In this document: positions 9,411-18,145 of the stretch, piece after piece | Layout of the letters: each line of letters begins with the position of its first letter | Position numbering within the stretch: the stretch's first letter is position 1 | Source: a virus | Length of the DNA stretch: 64,000 nt | Virus record (IMG/VR): IMGVR_UViG_3300036466_000585 | Coordinates: 1-64,000 of that record | Direction: 5' to 3' (one strand) | Translations under genes and position numbers: made by a program | Notes under the pieces: generated by a model | What the model was told of the DNA's origin: nothing | Database searches by the model: none | What the model saw: the letters and a program-made list of their open reading frames with translations, nothing else

Positions 9411-10126
9411 GCCACAAACCTCCCGCCCGGCACCACGCGAATCCGGGGCTTGGCCCTGGCTTCCATCCAGCCCTTGGTATACGCGACCGGGCCAGCGTGG
9501 ATATTCATGATGACCCCTGCCGCCTCCACGTTGTCCGTGATGGGCATGACGACGATCTTCCGGTTGGGTCGCTCTCCCTCAGGCGTCTCGCAGCGCAGCT
9601 CCACGCCCTCCCAGCCATCTCGCTCCATCCCCGCCATTGCCGAGAAAGAGTCGCTGAACAGGCCGACGTAGTGGCTGTTGATGCAGAAACTTGGCGAGCT
9701 GTGCGGATCCATCGCCGCCTCATCAGGGAAGGCTCCAGCAATGTCCGGCGGGTCGCCTTTGATCAGCCGGGCCTTGCCAGCAGTCAGGCAGGCATCCAGC
9801 TCGCTCTCACCGGCGGGCCGCCCCTTCCTGCTGCCGATAAGGGCTAGCCCTGAATCGGTGAGAAGGAATCGCCCATCCGGGCGTGCAACCGACGCCTCGA
9901 CAAGGCTTTGCTCGGGCTGAAAGGTGACACGGGCGGTGCCGGCCATCTTCCCGCCAGGGTCGCGCGCGATGATGGCCACGTGCCCGTTTGTAGCGGCCAG
10001 CAGCACGCCGCCCTTGGCGGCCGGAATGACCTGCATACCGGCCAGGCCCTCTCTCACGCCATCCCGGTCAGCGAAACGCATGACCGGCTCCAGGAAGCAT
10101 GCGCTGAACTCGGCGATTGTTTTCAT
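9407..10126 (-). CDS. DNA polymerase III beta-clamp-like protein
   Basis: 'LAATNGHVAI' resembles clamp ATDGHRL, and 'FCINSHYV' resembles clamp GFNxxYL. Confidence 0.5.
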   Translation of the reverse strand: MKTIAEFSACFLEPVMRFADRDGVREGLAGMQVIPAAKGGVLLAATNGHVAIIARDPGGKMAGTARVTFQPEQSLVEASVARPDGRFLLTDSGLALIGSRKGRPAGESELDACLTAGKARLIKGDPPDIAGAFPDEAAMDPHSSPSFCINSHYVGLFSDSFSAMAGMERDGWEGVELRCETPEGERPNRKIVVMPITDNVEAAGVIMNIHAGPVAYTKGWMEARAKPRIRVVPGGRFVA

Positions 10127-10413
10127 GCCGCCTCCTTGTCGTCATCGGGCTTGGCGGCCTTGCCGCAGAAAGGGCAGAAGTTGGCGGTCACGAAGGTGTC
10201 GATCTTCTGGCGCTTGAGGCCGTCACCGTTCTTCTTCGGAACCCAGGCCTCGCCCTGGTAGCTGATCATGAACGGCGACATAAGCTGGTTGCCGGCCATG
10301 GCGAAGCCGTATCCCTTGAGCTTGGCGTCGAAGTCCTTGAATCCTTCAGGAAGCTTCGCCTTGACGTGCTCGGCCAGCTTCTCGGCGACCTTCGTTTGGC
10401 AATCGCACTGCAT
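10123..10413 (-). CDS. Hypothetical Zn-binding phage protein (96 aa)
   Basis: N-terminal CDC, C-terminal FCPFCG; GGAGG RBS. Confidence 0.7.
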   Translation of the reverse strand: MQCDCQTKVAEKLAEHVKAKLPEGFKDFDAKLKGYGFAMAGNQLMSPFMISYQGEAWVPKKNGDGLKRQKIDTFVTANFCPFCGKAAKPDDDKEAA

Positions 10414-10487
10414 GGTGTCCTCCAGAAACAGGAAGCCCCGCGGCATGGCGGGGCAGGGTAGTTGAGCCCCGCGGGCGCGGGGAACGG

Positions 10488-11579
10488 TCAGGCTGCCTTG
10501 GCTTGATCGCCGTCGAGGGGGACGATCCGGCTCAGGTCGTCCTCCATGCTGCCGTCGGCGGGGCGGAAGCGCCCCAGGTCTTCCCAGGTGAACTTGCCCG
10601 CCTCGATAGGGTTGCTGGTGTACCCGCAAGCACCGGGGCGATGGTAGGCGCCATGCCCCTTGTGCCAAATCATGTAGAGAGGCTCGTCGGCCGGAAACAG
10701 GATGCCTTTCAGGGTTTCGGCTCGCCGGAAGTCCATCGCCTTGACGGCCCTCGCCAGCTCCTGCTCGAGACGTCTGCGCCGCCGGCCGTCGTTGCGCTTG
10801 CGGCGGAGGTCGCCGGGGTTCTCCAGGTAGATGGCGCCGCTGTGCACGTTGATCACGTCGTACTTGCCGGTCACCACCCACCACATGTTGTTGAGGTTGT
10901 AATAGGCGGTGCCGACCACCATCCGGTCGTCGTATCCGATGGCGTAGACGCGCGCGCCATGGGTGATGGTGCCGCCGTCGGCGGATTTGGCATTGCACGC
11001 CATGTTGATGCGGGCATGGCCCAGCTCTGCGACATAGTGGCCGCTGGAGCGATTGGCTTGCTCGACCCATTCCAGGGCGGTGAGCGCGCCTGGCCCGCGC
11101 TTAGCATGACGCCCATCGCGCAGCTTGTCGTTGAACCCATACCCGGCGAAGACGTTGCACAGGTAGGCGCGCAGTCGGCGGCGGGTGCGCTCCATCTCCA
11201 GCCAAAGCAGATAGGGCATCCGCTTTTCTTTATCGAAGTCGTAGCGCCCGCCGTTGGGATTCTCGACGTTGGCGACGTCCTGCCACATCTCGAACTTGAT
11301 GCAGCGGCCGGTGACTTCGAGCCGACCCTGCAGGTCGCCCTTTCGGCAGTAGCGGTAACCCTCGGCGAAGCGCCGGCCGTACCGCTCGACCATGTCCTCC
11401 GGCACCTCCGTCTGCCAGCCAATCCGGCGAAGCTGCTGGGCGATGCGCAGGAAGGCATCCTTCTTGAACTGGCGCTCCCATGCCTGCCACTGAAGCGGAC
11501 CTTGGCGTTTCGGGTCCTCCCAGACGTTCAGACTGGCATCGCCGAAGCTCACGGTGCCGTTTCGATCAATCGTTGGCAT
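10488..11579 (-). CDS. Hypothetical phage protein (363 aa)
   Basis: Long ORF with GGAGG RBS, in the operon. Confidence 0.7.
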   Translation of the reverse strand: MPTIDRNGTVSFGDASLNVWEDPKRQGPLQWQAWERQFKKDAFLRIAQQLRRIGWQTEVPEDMVERYGRRFAEGYRYCRKGDLQGRLEVTGRCIKFEMWQDVANVENPNGGRYDFDKEKRMPYLLWLEMERTRRRLRAYLCNVFAGYGFNDKLRDGRHAKRGPGALTALEWVEQANRSSGHYVAELGHARINMACNAKSADGGTITHGARVYAIGYDDRMVVGTAYYNLNNMWWVVTGKYDVINVHSGAIYLENPGDLRRKRNDGRRRRRLEQELARAVKAMDFRRAETLKGILFPADEPLYMIWHKGHGAYHRPGACGYTSNPIEAGKFTWEDLGRFRPADGSMEDDLSRIVPLDGDQAKAA

Positions 11580-11603
11580 GCTGCCTCCTTGTAGCTGCCC
11601 GGG

Positions 11604-12155
11604 TCAGCCCCCGGCGATATTCGGGAACCGGGCGAAGGGGATCTCGTCGTTGAAGTCGTCGAAGCCGCCGCCACCGCCTTGCGGGGCCTGGCTGGGCGGC
11701 GGGGCGCCGTAACCGGGCGGCTGGCTCTGTGGCGGCCGGCGCTGCTGCTGGCCGCCCTGGCCATAACCGCCTTGTGGCTGGCCGCCGTAGCCGCCGGCCG
11801 ACTGCCCCTGCTGGTCGCCGCGCGAGTCGAGCATCTGCATGTCGTTGGCGACGATTTCCGTGCTGTAGCGGTCCTGGCCGTCCTGCCCCTGCCACTTGCG
11901 GGTCTGAAGCCGCCCCTCGATGTAGACCTTGGAGCCCTTGCGCAGGTACTGCTGGGCGATCTCGGCCAACTTGTTGAACAGCACGACGCTATGCCATTCG
12001 GTGCGCTCCTGGCGCTGGCTGCTCTGGCGGTCCATCCAGCTGTCGGTGGTGGCCAGCCTCAGGTTGGCGACCGGGTTGCCGGACGGCATGTAGCGCGTCT
12101 CCGGATCCTGCCCCAGGTGGCCGATGAGGATGACCTTGTTCACTCCGCGTGCCAT
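11604..12155 (-). CDS. ssb: Single-stranded DNA-binding protein
   Basis: [19 protein letters not shown]...TEWH...[16 protein letters not shown]; acidic tail [10 protein letters not shown]. Confidence 0.97.
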   Translation of the reverse strand: MARGVNKVILIGHLGQDPETRYMPSGNPVANLRLATTDSWMDRQSSQRQERTEWHSVVLFNKLAEIAQQYLRKGSKVYIEGRLQTRKWQGQDGQDRYSTEIVANDMQMLDSRGDQQGQSAGGYGGQPQGGYGQGGQQQRRPPQSQPPGYGAPPPSQAPQGGGGGFDDFNDEIPFARFPNIAGG

Positions 12156-12200
12156 GGCGGCTCCTTGTAGGCGGGCGGCCGCGTGGGCCGCCCTGGTGGG

Positions 12201-13214
12201 TTACTGCGCGCTGGTCTTCAGTTCGGCCAGGCGCGCCTTGTAGGCCTCGTTGACCACGCCGTGGTCGGACTCCGGCACGTGGCGAGCCAGGTCGATGGCC
12301 TCGGCCATCTCGTCCCGGGTGGTGGCCTTCTTGATCTGCTCGCAGACGTAGGCGCAGGTGATCTCGCCGCCGGGGCCGGCGCCTTCCGGCGGCGTGTCGT
12401 CGGCCTTGGGCTCGGCCGTGGTCTCGTAGACCTCCCGGGCCTGGCGTTGCTGCTGGGCCTTCTGGCGGCGCTGGGCCAGCTTGTCGCCGACCCGTCCGGC
12501 GGTACCGGCGCGCTGCTGCTGGCCGCCGTTGGCGGGCGCCTGCTGGGCGGGCTGCCCGGCCTCGGGGGTGATATCGCGCTCCTCCTCGGCCATGCGGATG
12601 CCCTTCAGCTCCGGGGTGAAGGTGTCGCGCAGCGCGAAGCCGCGGGCGCGCATTTGCAGCATGCGCTTGGGGTACTGCTGCCAGGGTCCTTGCTTGCCCA
12701 GCAGCCCGGCGTCCTTGGCATCGGCCATGCTGAAGGTGTAGTGGGCGACGTTGCCGTTCGGCCGGCGGCGCACCGTGCAATTGGCGACCATCTGGGCGCC
12801 TTCGCCCTCTATCCACTCCTGAAAGTCGGCCTCGGACCAGGCTGGTGCCGCGCGGCAGATGGCCAGCATCATGTCGCCCCAGATGGTGGGCCGGCCGTTG
12901 ATCACCGCGATGTTCTGGATGGCTTGCAGCGGGCTGGTGATACCCAGCTCGACGCCGGTCTGCCAGGCGATCATCACGTTGCCGGGCTTGCCCTTGTAGT
13001 CCTTCGGCGCCAGGTCGCTCTGGGCGATCATGTCGGACATGCGCCACACGTCATCGAAGGTGCGCGGCGTCATGGCCTTCATGAACTGGTTGCGCACCTC
13101 GTTGCTCGCCAGCTCGACGTCGCTGGAGGATTCGGCCGAGGCCGGAGCGTGGAACTCCGGCTCCTGCAGGTTCTGATGCTGGACGGCTTCGGCGGTCTGG
13201 GTGTCGGTGGTCAT
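12201..13214 (-). CDS. RecT/Red-beta-like single-strand annealing protein
   Basis: 'QAIQNIAVINGRPTIWGD...WQQYPKRMLQMRARGFALRDTF'; lies between exonuclease and ssb. Confidence 0.8.
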   Translation of the reverse strand: MTTDTQTAEAVQHQNLQEPEFHAPASAESSSDVELASNEVRNQFMKAMTPRTFDDVWRMSDMIAQSDLAPKDYKGKPGNVMIAWQTGVELGITSPLQAIQNIAVINGRPTIWGDMMLAICRAAPAWSEADFQEWIEGEGAQMVANCTVRRRPNGNVAHYTFSMADAKDAGLLGKQGPWQQYPKRMLQMRARGFALRDTFTPELKGIRMAEEERDITPEAGQPAQQAPANGGQQQRAGTAGRVGDKLAQRRQKAQQQRQAREVYETTAEPKADDTPPEGAGPGGEITCAYVCEQIKKATTRDEMAEAIDLARHVPESDHGVVNEAYKARLAELKTSAQ

Positions 13215-13504
13215 GATTCGCTCCTTTTGACGTATCCACGGATGAGGGCTTCGCGTTCGAACTCCTCATCGGGCGTGCGCATGGCGTAGAGGGGGCTGCC
13301 GAGCTGGCGGTGGGTGAGCTGGGCCACATGGCCCAGCATCTCGTCCCAGGCGAGACGGTCGACGCGGCGGTCGCCTTCGATCACGTCGAAGTGCCCGTCG
13401 CTGTACTGCTGGATGATGAAGGTCCGCGCAAGCTCGCGGGGCGGCAGGCGAGGCGGCTCGGCAGGTGCCGGCCGCCGCTTGGGGATGACGGTGACCTCGC
13501 CCAT
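13211..13504 (-). CDS. Hypothetical protein (97 aa)
   Basis: Tightly packed in the operon. Confidence 0.6.
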   Translation of the reverse strand: MGEVTVIPKRRPAPAEPPRLPPRELARTFIIQQYSDGHFDVIEGDRRVDRLAWDEMLGHVAQLTHRQLGSPLYAMRTPDEEFEREALIRGYVKRSES

Positions 13505-13505
13505 G

Positions 13506-14597
13506 TCAGGCCGCCTCCTCGGTCTCGTGTTCGCTCTGGGCAGCCAGCTGGTCCTTCTCGGCCTTGTTCATCTTCCCGTAGCGGATATCGACGTACTCGC
13601 TCTCGCCGACCTCGACGGTGTAGGCCTTGCGCTTCACCACCTTGCGGCGCATCACCTGGTCGTCGCCGAAGGTGGCCACCGCGGCGTCGCCCATGGCCTT
13701 GAGGATGCGGGCGCGGGCCACCTTGGCGGTGGTCTCCAGGGCCTTGATCTCCTCCTTGGCCTGCTGCTCGACCTTGCGCCAGTGCTCGAGCTCGGCCAGG
13801 TCGACCATGCTGCCATCGGTGCCCGGGTACAGGCGCTTGAGCAGCTCGATGGCCTTGGGGTGCTCGACGTCGATGTCCGGAAGCTCGCCGCGCTGAATGG
13901 TGGCCCACAGCTCGCCCTCCAGGGCGATCAGGTCATCGATCAGGTCGTCATCGCGCAGGATGGGGTACCAGCGGGTCTCCCAGCCGGCGATGGTCACCAC
14001 CAGGAAGCCCCACTCGTAGCCGGTGACGGCCAGCTGGTGTTGCACCTGAATGAAGTAGTCCTCCGGCACCTCGCCTGTGGTGCACAGCCCCCCGGTGGTA
14101 TGCACGTTGTCCGGCTTGCCCCAGCCCTTGGCGAACTCGACGTTCTTGAGCTCGGCCACGCCCGGGCCCTTCACGGTCTGGCCCATGACCAGCTCGAGCC
14201 AGGCCGACTGGGCATCGGTGACGCCGACGATGCGGCGGTCGATGTTGGCCATCATGAAGGGGTGCTCGGGGTGGGCCAGCATGCAGTTGAAGTTCTGGAC
14301 GTTGAGCCCCGTGAACTCGGCGAAGCGGGCAGCGGTCACCGGCTCCATGACGTGGCCCATGGCCATCTTCTGGCGGCGCCGGTAGTTGGCGTCGGCGTCG
14401 TCGCTGGAAAGGCCCAGCTTGCGCTCGGCGATCTCGAAGGGAGTGCGGTGCTCGCTGGCTCCGACGGCGGCCGCGGCCTCGCTGGCCCCGATGCCCAGGC
14501 CGCGCAGCGACAGCCACACCTCCTCGGGCATATCCAGGGTGGCGACGCGATGATTGGTGGTCAGCTCGTGCTTGGCTTGTTCAATGGTCATGCGCAT
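13506..14597 (-). CDS. YqaJ / lambda-exonuclease family protein
   Basis: 'WLSLRGLGIGASEAAAAVG...GHVME...MANIDR...ELK...QVQHQL'; start at 14597 with GAGGA RBS. Confidence 0.9.
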   Translation of the reverse strand: MRMTIEQAKHELTTNHRVATLDMPEEVWLSLRGLGIGASEAAAAVGASEHRTPFEIAERKLGLSSDDADANYRRRQKMAMGHVMEPVTAARFAEFTGLNVQNFNCMLAHPEHPFMMANIDRRIVGVTDAQSAWLELVMGQTVKGPGVAELKNVEFAKGWGKPDNVHTTGGLCTTGEVPEDYFIQVQHQLAVTGYEWGFLVVTIAGWETRWYPILRDDDLIDDLIALEGELWATIQRGELPDIDVEHPKAIELLKRLYPGTDGSMVDLAELEHWRKVEQQAKEEIKALETTAKVARARILKAMGDAAVATFGDDQVMRRKVVKRKAYTVEVGESEYVDIRYGKMNKAEKDQLAAQSEHETEEAA

Positions 14598-14680
14598 GGT
14601 GCTATCCTCGTTCGGGTGATGCGATATAGGTTGTCGGTCACTGCAACGGGCCCCGTCAGGTGCGAACTGGCGGGGCCTTT

Positions 14681-14998
14681 TCATGCGAATTGAGAGGCGC
14701 GCCTGCAGCGCTCTCGGTCGGCGAAGTTCCAGTAGCCGTCCTTGCAGTTGCGCTTCCCCTTGGTGCGGCTGCGGCCGTTCGAGCAGAACACCTTCTGGTA
14801 AGTGGTCTTCACGTGAAGGCGGCGGCAAGTAGGGCAGCGGATGGTGGCGCCGACTTGGGCGCGCCGGGCGTCGGCGTAGAGCGCGCGCATGCGGTCGCGA
14901 TCCGACTCGATGCGCTCGTCTTCCAGCTCTCGAAGATCATCCTCGGCGCCACCGTCGGACATGTCGTCCAGGGCATCGGCTTCACTGCATGTATTCAT
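14681..14998 (-). CDS. Hypothetical Cys-rich protein (105 aa)
   Basis: CPTC...FCS...C motif; AGGAG RBS. Confidence 0.6.
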   Translation of the reverse strand: MNTCSEADALDDMSDGGAEDDLRELEDERIESDRDRMRALYADARRAQVGATIRCPTCRRLHVKTTYQKVFCSNGRSRTKGKRNCKDGYWNFADRERCRRASQFA

Positions 14999-15438
14999 GA
15001 CGTCTCCTGTGTTTGTTCGCCGCGAGCCTTGGCCAGGGCGGTGCGAGCCTGGTCCTGTGCCGGGCCGCTGTTTCCACATACGCTGCGCTCCACAGCTGCG
15101 AGCAGAGTTTCCAGTGCCTCGTACAGCTCCTCGCCTGCCTTGCGCTTCATGCCGCGGGCCTCGGAAATACGGCGCTGCTCGGCCGCCAAGTCGTCAACAT
15201 CACCCTCTCGGAACATCTGCCGGCAGAGGTTGTTGAAGTGCTTGTGCGTCGGTATCCATGGTCTGTCCTCGCCGCTGAATGACAGCCGAGCGACCTCTCG
15301 CGCATCCAGGTCCCTGGTCCGGGCCATGACTTTGCCGTCGTTGAACAGCTGAAAGCGCACGCCTTCTTTGTGGTACTCCGGGTAAACCGGGGTGGGCTGA
15401 TCGTTCATGTCAGGTCCTCTGAGGCTCGGGATTGTCAT
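14995..15438 (-). CDS. Hypothetical protein
   Basis: Coupled ORF; start may instead be 15408. Confidence 0.55.
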   Translation of the reverse strand: MTIPSLRGPDMNDQPTPVYPEYHKEGVRFQLFNDGKVMARTRDLDAREVARLSFSGEDRPWIPTHKHFNNLCRQMFREGDVDDLAAEQRRISEARGMKRKAGEELYEALETLLAAVERSVCGNSGPAQDQARTALAKARGEQTQETS

Positions 15439-15713
15439 GCCAGGGCGCGGGCTTCAAGGGAATCGAGGTGGGCATCGATGCGTGCCTCGTCTCGGCGTGA
15501 TTGGAGCGTGGCTTCGTGCTGATCCAGGATGGCGAGGTCGTCGGCGTCGGTGATCTTGGCCAGCAGCCAGTTGGCCTTGTAGCCGCGCCGGTCGTAGACC
15601 TCGTATTCGATTTCCGGCCCGCTGGGCGGCTCGAAGAAGCTGCCCGAATCGGCGGGGGTGTAGCTGATGACATCCACTAGGCAGGGGATGCCGGCGATGC
15701 GGGTCTTCATCAT
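15435..15713 (-). CDS. Hypothetical phage protein (92 aa)
   Basis: 'TRIAGIPC...EYEVYDRRGYKANWL' resembles a recurrent phage family. Confidence 0.65.
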   Translation of the reverse strand: MMKTRIAGIPCLVDVISYTPADSGSFFEPPSGPEIEYEVYDRRGYKANWLLAKITDADDLAILDQHEATLQSRRDEARIDAHLDSLEARALA

Positions 15714-15931
15714 GAGCCGTGACCCTCCCGGCCCTGGCGTTCGCGATGCCAGTCGATAACCGCCCGCAGGCTGCCGCGGGCAGCGCTGGCGGCGTCCAGG
15801 CTATCGATCCGCGTGGCGTCCTCGCTGGCGGCGAGCAGTCGGCCCAGTCCGACGGATAGTTCGGGGCCAAGGTTCGGGTCGTGGACGGCTTCACGCAGGG
15901 CGCTCAACAGCTCGATGTCGTCGATTTCCAT
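15710..15931 (-). CDS. Hypothetical protein (73 aa)
   Basis: GGAGG RBS; ATGA overlap. Confidence 0.55.
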   Translation of the reverse strand: MEIDDIELLSALREAVHDPNLGPELSVGLGRLLAASEDATRIDSLDAASAARGSLRAVIDWHRERQGREGHGS

Positions 15932-16027
15932 GCAACCTCCGTCAGCGGGTCAGAAAGGCGAGCACCACGGCGGAGACGATCAGCGCCATGGCGATGCTCA
16001 GTCCGTGATTGACGATCAATTCGGTCA

Positions 16028-16243
16028 CTACGCGCTCCACAGTTGGAGCAGCGGGGCAGACTGCCCGGCGTAGCGGTTATGGAAGTCGGCCCAGCGCCTG
16101 GCGTTGGCCTTGTCTTGAGCGCTGAGGATATTGCGCGGGTTGAACGGCCGACTGGCGATAATGGGGTGCTCGGGGCCGGTGATAATCACGCCGCGCGCTC
16201 GTTGCTGGGCAACGTGTTCGATGAAAACCGGGCTGCGTTTCAT
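16028..16243 (-). CDS. Hypothetical protein (71 aa)
   Basis: GAGG RBS. Confidence 0.5.
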   Translation of the reverse strand: MKRSPVFIEHVAQQRARGVIITGPEHPIIASRPFNPRNILSAQDKANARRWADFHNRYAGQSAPLLQLWSA

Positions 16244-16328
16244 GGCTGCACCTCGTCACCGCAAAAGCGTGTGATAACGGCCGGATCGATGTGGGTGGCC
16301 AGCGCTCTGGCCACGGCTGCCGCTGGGT

Positions 16329-16466
16329 TCATTGCCATACCTCCTTGAGCTCACGCTTGAGCTGCATGTCGCGCAGCTTTTGGTCAATGAGTCGTCGGCA
16401 GGCGTAGCGGGAGGCGCCGCGCTGGTCGTTCAGCATGCGGCGTTCGTTTTTTGTGATCGGCGTCAT
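16329..16466 (-). CDS. Small protein (45 aa; not in ORF track)
   Basis: MTPITKNERRMLNDQRGASRYACRRLIDQKLRDMQLKRELKEVWQ; GGAG RBS. Confidence 0.45.
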   Translation of the reverse strand: MTPITKNERRMLNDQRGASRYACRRLIDQKLRDMQLKRELKEVWQ

Positions 16467-16486
16467 ACCAGGCTCCGTGTATCCGT

Positions 16487-16510
16487 AAAAAAGCCCGCGC
16501 GGTGGCGGGC
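16487..16510 (-). terminator. Rho-independent terminator
   Basis: GCCCGC-6nt-GCGGGC followed by TTTTTT on the minus strand. Confidence 0.75.
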
Positions 16511-16935
16511 AATACGCAGGGAACTGAAGTGCCGGTTACAGCGTTCGGCGCACTTTTCGCAGGCTTGGTTATCGCCCTGTGCTGAAACATCGGTGAGAGC
16601 CCTCACTGCCAGGGCGTTTCAGCAAAGACTCTCACCGGTGCCGCCTGTATTCCGGCCCAGGCGCGGGCTCGATCCTGCTCGCGGTCATGGCGCGCCGTAT
16701 CAACCTCGACTGTGCTCATGACTGCTCTCCCCGTGCTTCATGCCACTGTCGTTTTGTGCAAACCACCCAGGCGTGAGAAAGCCCGACGTGGTGATCGCGC
16801 TTGATGTAATTCTTGCGCCACCACCGATTTTTCGAACCGATGTATCGGGCAACGCTGACATGATCTCCGTCCCATTGGGGTATATTGGCGGCACACCATT
16901 TGATGAACGCTCTTGCCTTATCGGATGGAGCGGGG

Positions 16936-17196
16936 TTATGGCAATACCTGGTCACATGCCTTCTCCACTCGACGCCGTGCCGACAACAGCGCGTCGACAG
17001 CATCGATAATCGGATTGATCTGTTCCGCTGCTAGGCCTTTGAGATGCCGAGGCGCGGCGCTCTTTGCGTACCGAAGCGCTGATTCGCACATGATCCAGTC
17101 GCCTGCGTAGGCGAAATGAAGCGCTGTAGATAGGCTTCGATGCGTCTGCGAATTGGGCTCGTACAGACCGACGAGCGATGAGATTTCGGCGATCAT
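16936..17196 (-). CDS. Hypothetical protein (86 aa)
   Basis: ATGA overlap with the upstream gene. Confidence 0.5.
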   Translation of the reverse strand: MIAEISSLVGLYEPNSQTHRSLSTALHFAYAGDWIMCESALRYAKSAAPRHLKGLAAEQINPIIDAVDALLSARRRVEKACDQVLP

Positions 17197-17411
17197 GTGG
17201 GGCGCTCCAGTGAGGCTAGGAGGGCGTCGGCATGCTCGATGGCCTCACTTGTTACATCGGCGACACGGTGTCGCCCGTCGTCGAAGTATCCGCTGGCAAG
17301 CAGTCCTTGCATCGCCGCCATGGCGAATCGCTCGCGCTTGGATAAACCATTGAAATCCTCGTCTTCGTGAAGACCTGGCACCGGCATCGCCGGCCTATCT
17401 GCATTTTTCAT
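17193..17411 (-). CDS. Hypothetical phage protein (72 aa)
   Basis: 'GLSKRERFAMAAMQGLLA...ADALLA' is a common phage motif. Confidence 0.75.
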   Translation of the reverse strand: MKNADRPAMPVPGLHEDEDFNGLSKRERFAMAAMQGLLASGYFDDGRHRVADVTSEAIEHADALLASLERPT

Positions 17412-17438
17412 CTAACACGCTCCGTCATTGAGTGAATT

Positions 17439-17494
17439 GCGCCAAGGCGGGATTCGAACCCGCAACCAGCGGCTTATGAGGCCGATGCTCTAAC
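17439..17494 (-). pseudogene. 5'-truncated tRNA with CAT anticodon (Met/Ile2-like)
   Basis: Minus strand GTTAGAGCA-TCGGC-CTCATAA-GCCGC-TGGTT-GCGGG-TTCGAAT-CCCGC-CTTGGCGC. The D-arm 3' side, anticodon arm and T arm are present. The adjacent 5' acceptor and D strands are absent, and CCA is not encoded. Confidence 0.7.
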
Positions 17495-17507
17495 GCAGGG
17501 GTAGGGG

Positions 17508-17722
17508 GATGCGGTGGCCGGTACTGATCTCCGGCCTGGACTTTCACCGCAGGGGCGGGGCGCGATCCCCGCATTGTGTCGTCAGGCATTCATCCCAACC
17601 CGAGCGTACCGAGCTACCGGCATGCCCAGTTTTGGGCGGCTGCATCAAAGGCTTTCGTCCTGCCGTTTGCACGGCTTTTCCAGACGCACCTGCTGCGCAT
17701 CAGCCTGCGCATTCACCGCATC
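17508..17722 (-). ncRNA. C4-antisense-like RNA with an enlarged (~157 nt) central arm
   Basis: 9-bp closing stem GATGCGGTG/CACCGCATC; hairpin TGCGCA-GGCTGA-TGCGCA; hairpin GGCCGG-AGATCAGTA-CCGGCC. Resembles the recalled C4/c4-2 phage RNA pattern. Confidence 0.6.
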
Positions 17723-18145
17723 GGGAAGGGCTCGAGCGCGGACCCTAGCCGTCTGCCGGGGCTACCCGCAGCATTGCCGGTTAAATGCCGGGTGCTTCTA
17801 GGCGTCAGCCGTCGCCGACCCTGCTTGCAGGCCGAACCCTTCCCGATGGCCCCTGTTGCCAGGGGCCGGGCGTTACTGAAGCCGTCGGTCGCCGATGATT
17901 GCGCGACCGCGACTCATGCCCGGTATTCTCAGCCCCGGGCGGGGCGCCAAGTGCCACTGTCGCAGCTGCCGCGTCTTGCTGGTGACACGTCGTGGAGTCG
18001 CTTTCCTCCGCGCTTGCCGGCGCTCGCCAGGGTCTACGGCATCCCACCGCGATTATCCTGACGACCCGCTAGGGTCGACGTGCCCGCCTGTCCGGCATGA
18101 GGCCGGATGGCGCCCCCTTACCAAGCCAGGGGGAGGCGTGACCAG

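Noticed and set aside
17439-17494. Functional full-length tRNA gene
   Set aside because: The contiguous 5' acceptor and D-stem strands are absent and CCA is not encoded.
17538-17585. Hammerhead-like CUGACGA...GAAA on the minus strand
   Set aside because: The stem II closing pair would be C-U, and I could not build stems I/III with a cleavage triplet.
17918-17940. TPP-riboswitch-like GCUGAGA...ACC
   Set aside because: The rest of the TPP aptamer is missing and there are no thiamine genes; treated as a generic T-loop-like hairpin.
17995-18012. RNase P-like GAGGAAAG on the minus strand
   Set aside because: Not followed by UCC, and no matching 3' conserved region was found.
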